Source: Mobula hypostoma
Taxonomy: Eukaryota
Direction of reading: 5' to 3'
DNA: 64,000 nt
NCBI RefSeq assembly: GCF_963921235.1
Contig: NC_086101.1
Coordinates: 21,018,001-21,082,000 of the forward strand
This document shows positions 61,280-64,000 of this stretch, piece after piece. The position numbers and the translations under genes were made by a program. Each line of letters starts with the position of its first letter. The first letter of the stretch is position 1. A model generated the notes under the pieces. That model searched no databases. It was not told the origin of the DNA and was given only the letters and a program-made list of their open reading frames with translations.

Positions 61280-61960
61280 CGGATCTAATCTTGAGTCCAT
61301 TAATGGCGGGGGCGGGAGGGGGGTGGGGGGGAGTGATTGCTGCGACGTGCCTGGACCGTGGGGTGCTTTCGGCATGTTGTGAGACAACCACTTCACCAAG
61401 TTCCCCACCACCGTCCCGTTGAGACTCCGGGCCAATGGGTTTAAATGTCAGCAACGCAGACTTCCACCATTGTAGTGAGTGGATTATTATCTGAGGCTGA
61501 GGGAGGGAAGTTTGTTCGAAGTGGAAGGCTGAAGGTTCGGAAATGCAGAGCACCGTGGGGGGGGGGGGGGCGTGGAGGACGAGTTCTTATTTTTGAACCG
61601 GAAAAAGAGACTATGAGCTGCGGTATTTGTCTGAAAACTGCAGCGAAGCCAAGAAACCGCTACGCCTAGTAAAGTAAAGCTCTCAAACAGTGATTCAAAA
61701 TGAGGTCGTTCCTCACAGACACCGGGCTTATCTTGATGAACATCAGCACTCTGGTCTGGGACAAAGAGACAAAGCTAGCAGCGTCGGTGGGTCAGGCCGA
61801 TCTGTCAATACCTTGCTTCCAATCAGTCTCCTCGCTTCAATTTCGTTTCTGGGTGAAGCGTCAGGAACTTTCTACAGAGATTACTGCAGCCAAAGAGGCG
61901 GCCATTTAGCCCACAGGATCCGTGCTGGCCTCCGGGAAGATCGAATCAATTAGTCATTTT
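61280..61960. promoter_or_regulatory. CpG/GC-rich promoter-like region
   Basis: Undepleted CpGs, GC boxes at 61305-61320, CCAAT at 61432-61436 and a YY1-like ggcggccattt at 61897-61907. No gene assigned. Confidence 0.4.
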
Positions 61961-62424
61961 TTTTTTCTCTCGCAGATTCCCCACTTTGGGACAGCCTTTC
62001 CAGGGCAGGTTTTCCAAAACGAGTAGCCCATAGTCAGACAAACGTAGACGTAGGTGGGCGTTGCATTTAACAGGGTGGAGTTGGGTAGAATTAGTAAGCA
62101 CAAGAGATTCAGCAGATGCTGAAAATCCAGTAGTTGCGTTGTTTATGAAGCACGAACGTTCAAAAATCAACTTTATTCGCCATATACATTAATATGTCTG
62201 AGGAAATCTCTGTGATGTGTTGGTGTGAAATACAACAGTAACACAACAGTAGAGAAATATAAAGAATATGTTGAAGCAAAATAATGAATTATTTTATTGC
62301 TTGTTTGTAATTTATATTGCTTTACGTTAATGTTAACTGATGTTGTGCACGTCTTGTAAAGTGGTGTGTTGCTGCTACAAAAAGCCAATTTTTATGACAT
62401 TAATACACTGTGTAACTCCACCGT

Positions 62425-62652
62425 GGACGGTCCCAAGCTTGAGAAGGGTGGGCATGGGATCATCCCGTAAAAGCCCAGAGCCTACACAAACGCCAAATAA
62501 AGCCTCAAACACCTCATTCCTGGGAGAGGAAAAATACCGAAGATGGGTTGCACCTGGGGACAACTTTAAAACCAGACCCAGCGCAGAGGACACTGGCGAA
62601 CTCTCTCGGCAGCTTCTGTCCCAGTAGGGGTTATAGGCTTGGTAAGTAAGTC
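62425..62652 (+). mobile_element. RTE-like non-autonomous element remnant
   Basis: Ends ...cccagtaggggttataggcttggtaagtaagt, an RTE-type 3' end with a (TAAG)n tail. The family call is from recall. Confidence 0.5.
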
Positions 62653-62656
62653 AATA

Positions 62657-62796
62657 TTCACTGCTCATAAACTTGAACCAGTTACATGTCCTTCACTGCT
62701 CATAAACTTGAACTAGTTACATGTCCTTCACTGCTCATAAACTTGAACTAGTTACATGTCCTTCACTGCTTATAAACTTGAACTAGTTGCATGTTC
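62657..62796 (+). repeat. 35-bp minisatellite x4
   Basis: Unit ttcactgctcataaacttgaac(c/t)agttacatgtcc at 62657, 62692, 62727 and 62762, with no spacers. Confidence 0.95.
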
Positions 62797-63029
62797 TTTT
62801 ATGCTTTCGAATCAGCACACATTCTTACAATTCAGGTCATGACTCGTCTTTATCCAGTAAGCTCATAAAATACTTGCGGGTCTGTAACACATGACCTAGC
62901 CCTGCGATATCCAGTGGCGGCCGGATATATCCATGCCGACATTTAAGCCGCATATCTCCCGCCTTTGTAATGAGACTGCAGATGCTGGAATCTGGAGGAA
63001 CATATAAATAGCTGGAGGAATTAAAATGA

Positions 63030-63500
63030 ATTGAATTGACTTTGTTTCTTACATCCTTCATATACATGACGAGTAAAACTCTTTATGTTACGTCCCATTT
63101 AAATTTACAATGTGCAATTTATTGTATTTTATAATCAGTAGTATGTACAACAGTACAGTCATCATAACATAGAAATACGATTGTATCAGCATGAATTAAT
63201 CAATTTGCTGGCCTAGTAGAAGAGCCTGTGGGTCCTGGCCTTTTATGCTGCAGTACCGCTTCCCAGATGGTAGCAGCTGGAACAGTTTGCGTTTGGGGTG
63301 ATTCGGATCCCCAGTGGTATTTCGGGCCTTTTGGCAATGTCCTGAACATTGGGAATTTCACATCCACAGATGCACTGGGCTGTCGGCACCACTCTCTGCA
63401 GAGTCCTGTGATTGACATTTCCCATATCAAGCTGTGATGCAGCCAGTCAGCATGCTCTCTAATACCTCTGTAGAAAGTTCTTAGCCAAACAGCATCTATC
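63030..63500 (-). mobile_element. Rex1/Babar-like LINE 3' fragment
   Basis: 63040-63200 matches the reversed 3' end at ~9275-9420 and continues into coding remnants. Confidence 0.6.
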
Positions 63501-64000
63501 AAGACAGATAGAAAGTCAACCTGAAATGTCAAGTGTCCATTTTTCTTCACAGATGCTGCCTGGCGTATTGTGTTCCTTGGGCTTTTTGTCTGTTGCTTCA
63601 CTTTAACGCCCCCTGCAGTGCCTGAATTCCCCCATGTGGGAGCTAGTTCCACATTTTCAAGACTAAGGATTTTTTTTCTTCAGGATTCCCTACCTGTTAT
63701 CTTACCTCACCCATTTGTGCGGTCTGTCGACAAATCAGTGTAAACCAACCCAGACTTTCTAAACGTCCCAAAGAACTGTGGTTTCCCAATCCCTTTCAAT
63801 GATCCATTTCCATTCTAGGTTTAAAACAATGATTCACAAACGGATGCACGCTAACCAAAAGAATTTCAAGTCCATGAAAATAATAAAAAACAATTCAAAT
63901 ATTTGAACAATAAAATCAAAATCCAGCAGCAGAATTCTAAATGGTTATTAATCTGGGTTTTATCATGCAAGGTTAATAACCAAGTTTCCATATTTGCTTC

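Noticed and set aside
61700-61909. ORF with ASVGQADLSIPC resembling the start of an IgV domain
   Set aside because: It stops well before the D-x-G-x-Y-x-C motif and has no phase-1 exon boundaries in that frame.
62657-62796. CRISPR-like 35-bp repeat
   Set aside because: The units are contiguous with no spacers, the DNA is eukaryotic, and there are no cas genes.

Overview
Vertebrate genomic DNA, not prokaryotic. The retroelement repertoire (CR1, Penelope-like, L2, Rex1/Babar, tRNA-derived SINEs) resembles cartilaginous fish, probably a ray; the species is an inference. Most of the window is decayed transposable elements, and most supplied ORFs are TE fragments or their antisense frames. The one well-supported host gene is a minus-strand, multi-exon CD2/SLAM-family immune receptor assembled by hand from splice sites and reading-frame phases: IgV 36120-35791, IgC2 34840-34550, transmembrane 30566-30450, cytoplasmic 28452-28379 and terminal 25394-25239; the leader exon is unresolved. 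It combines a mid-membrane lysine (LITTIALKAFITAIVFALCW) with a cytoplasmic ITSM (TIYDEI) and appears to use a GC-AG intron after the TM exon. A second, nearly identical ITSM terminal exon lies 4.1 kb downstream (21237-21109) in a diverged tandem duplication. The upstream flank (~37.0-45.7 kb) is an old paralog of ~3.1-14.5 kb, which ends next to a signal-peptide-like exon of a probable further gene leaving the window on the left. Penelope termini carry minimal hammerhead ribozyme motifs, one in sense orientation inside the C2-TM intron. A CpG-rich promoter-like zone at ~60.6-62 kb is unexplained. All alignments and translations were done by eye.
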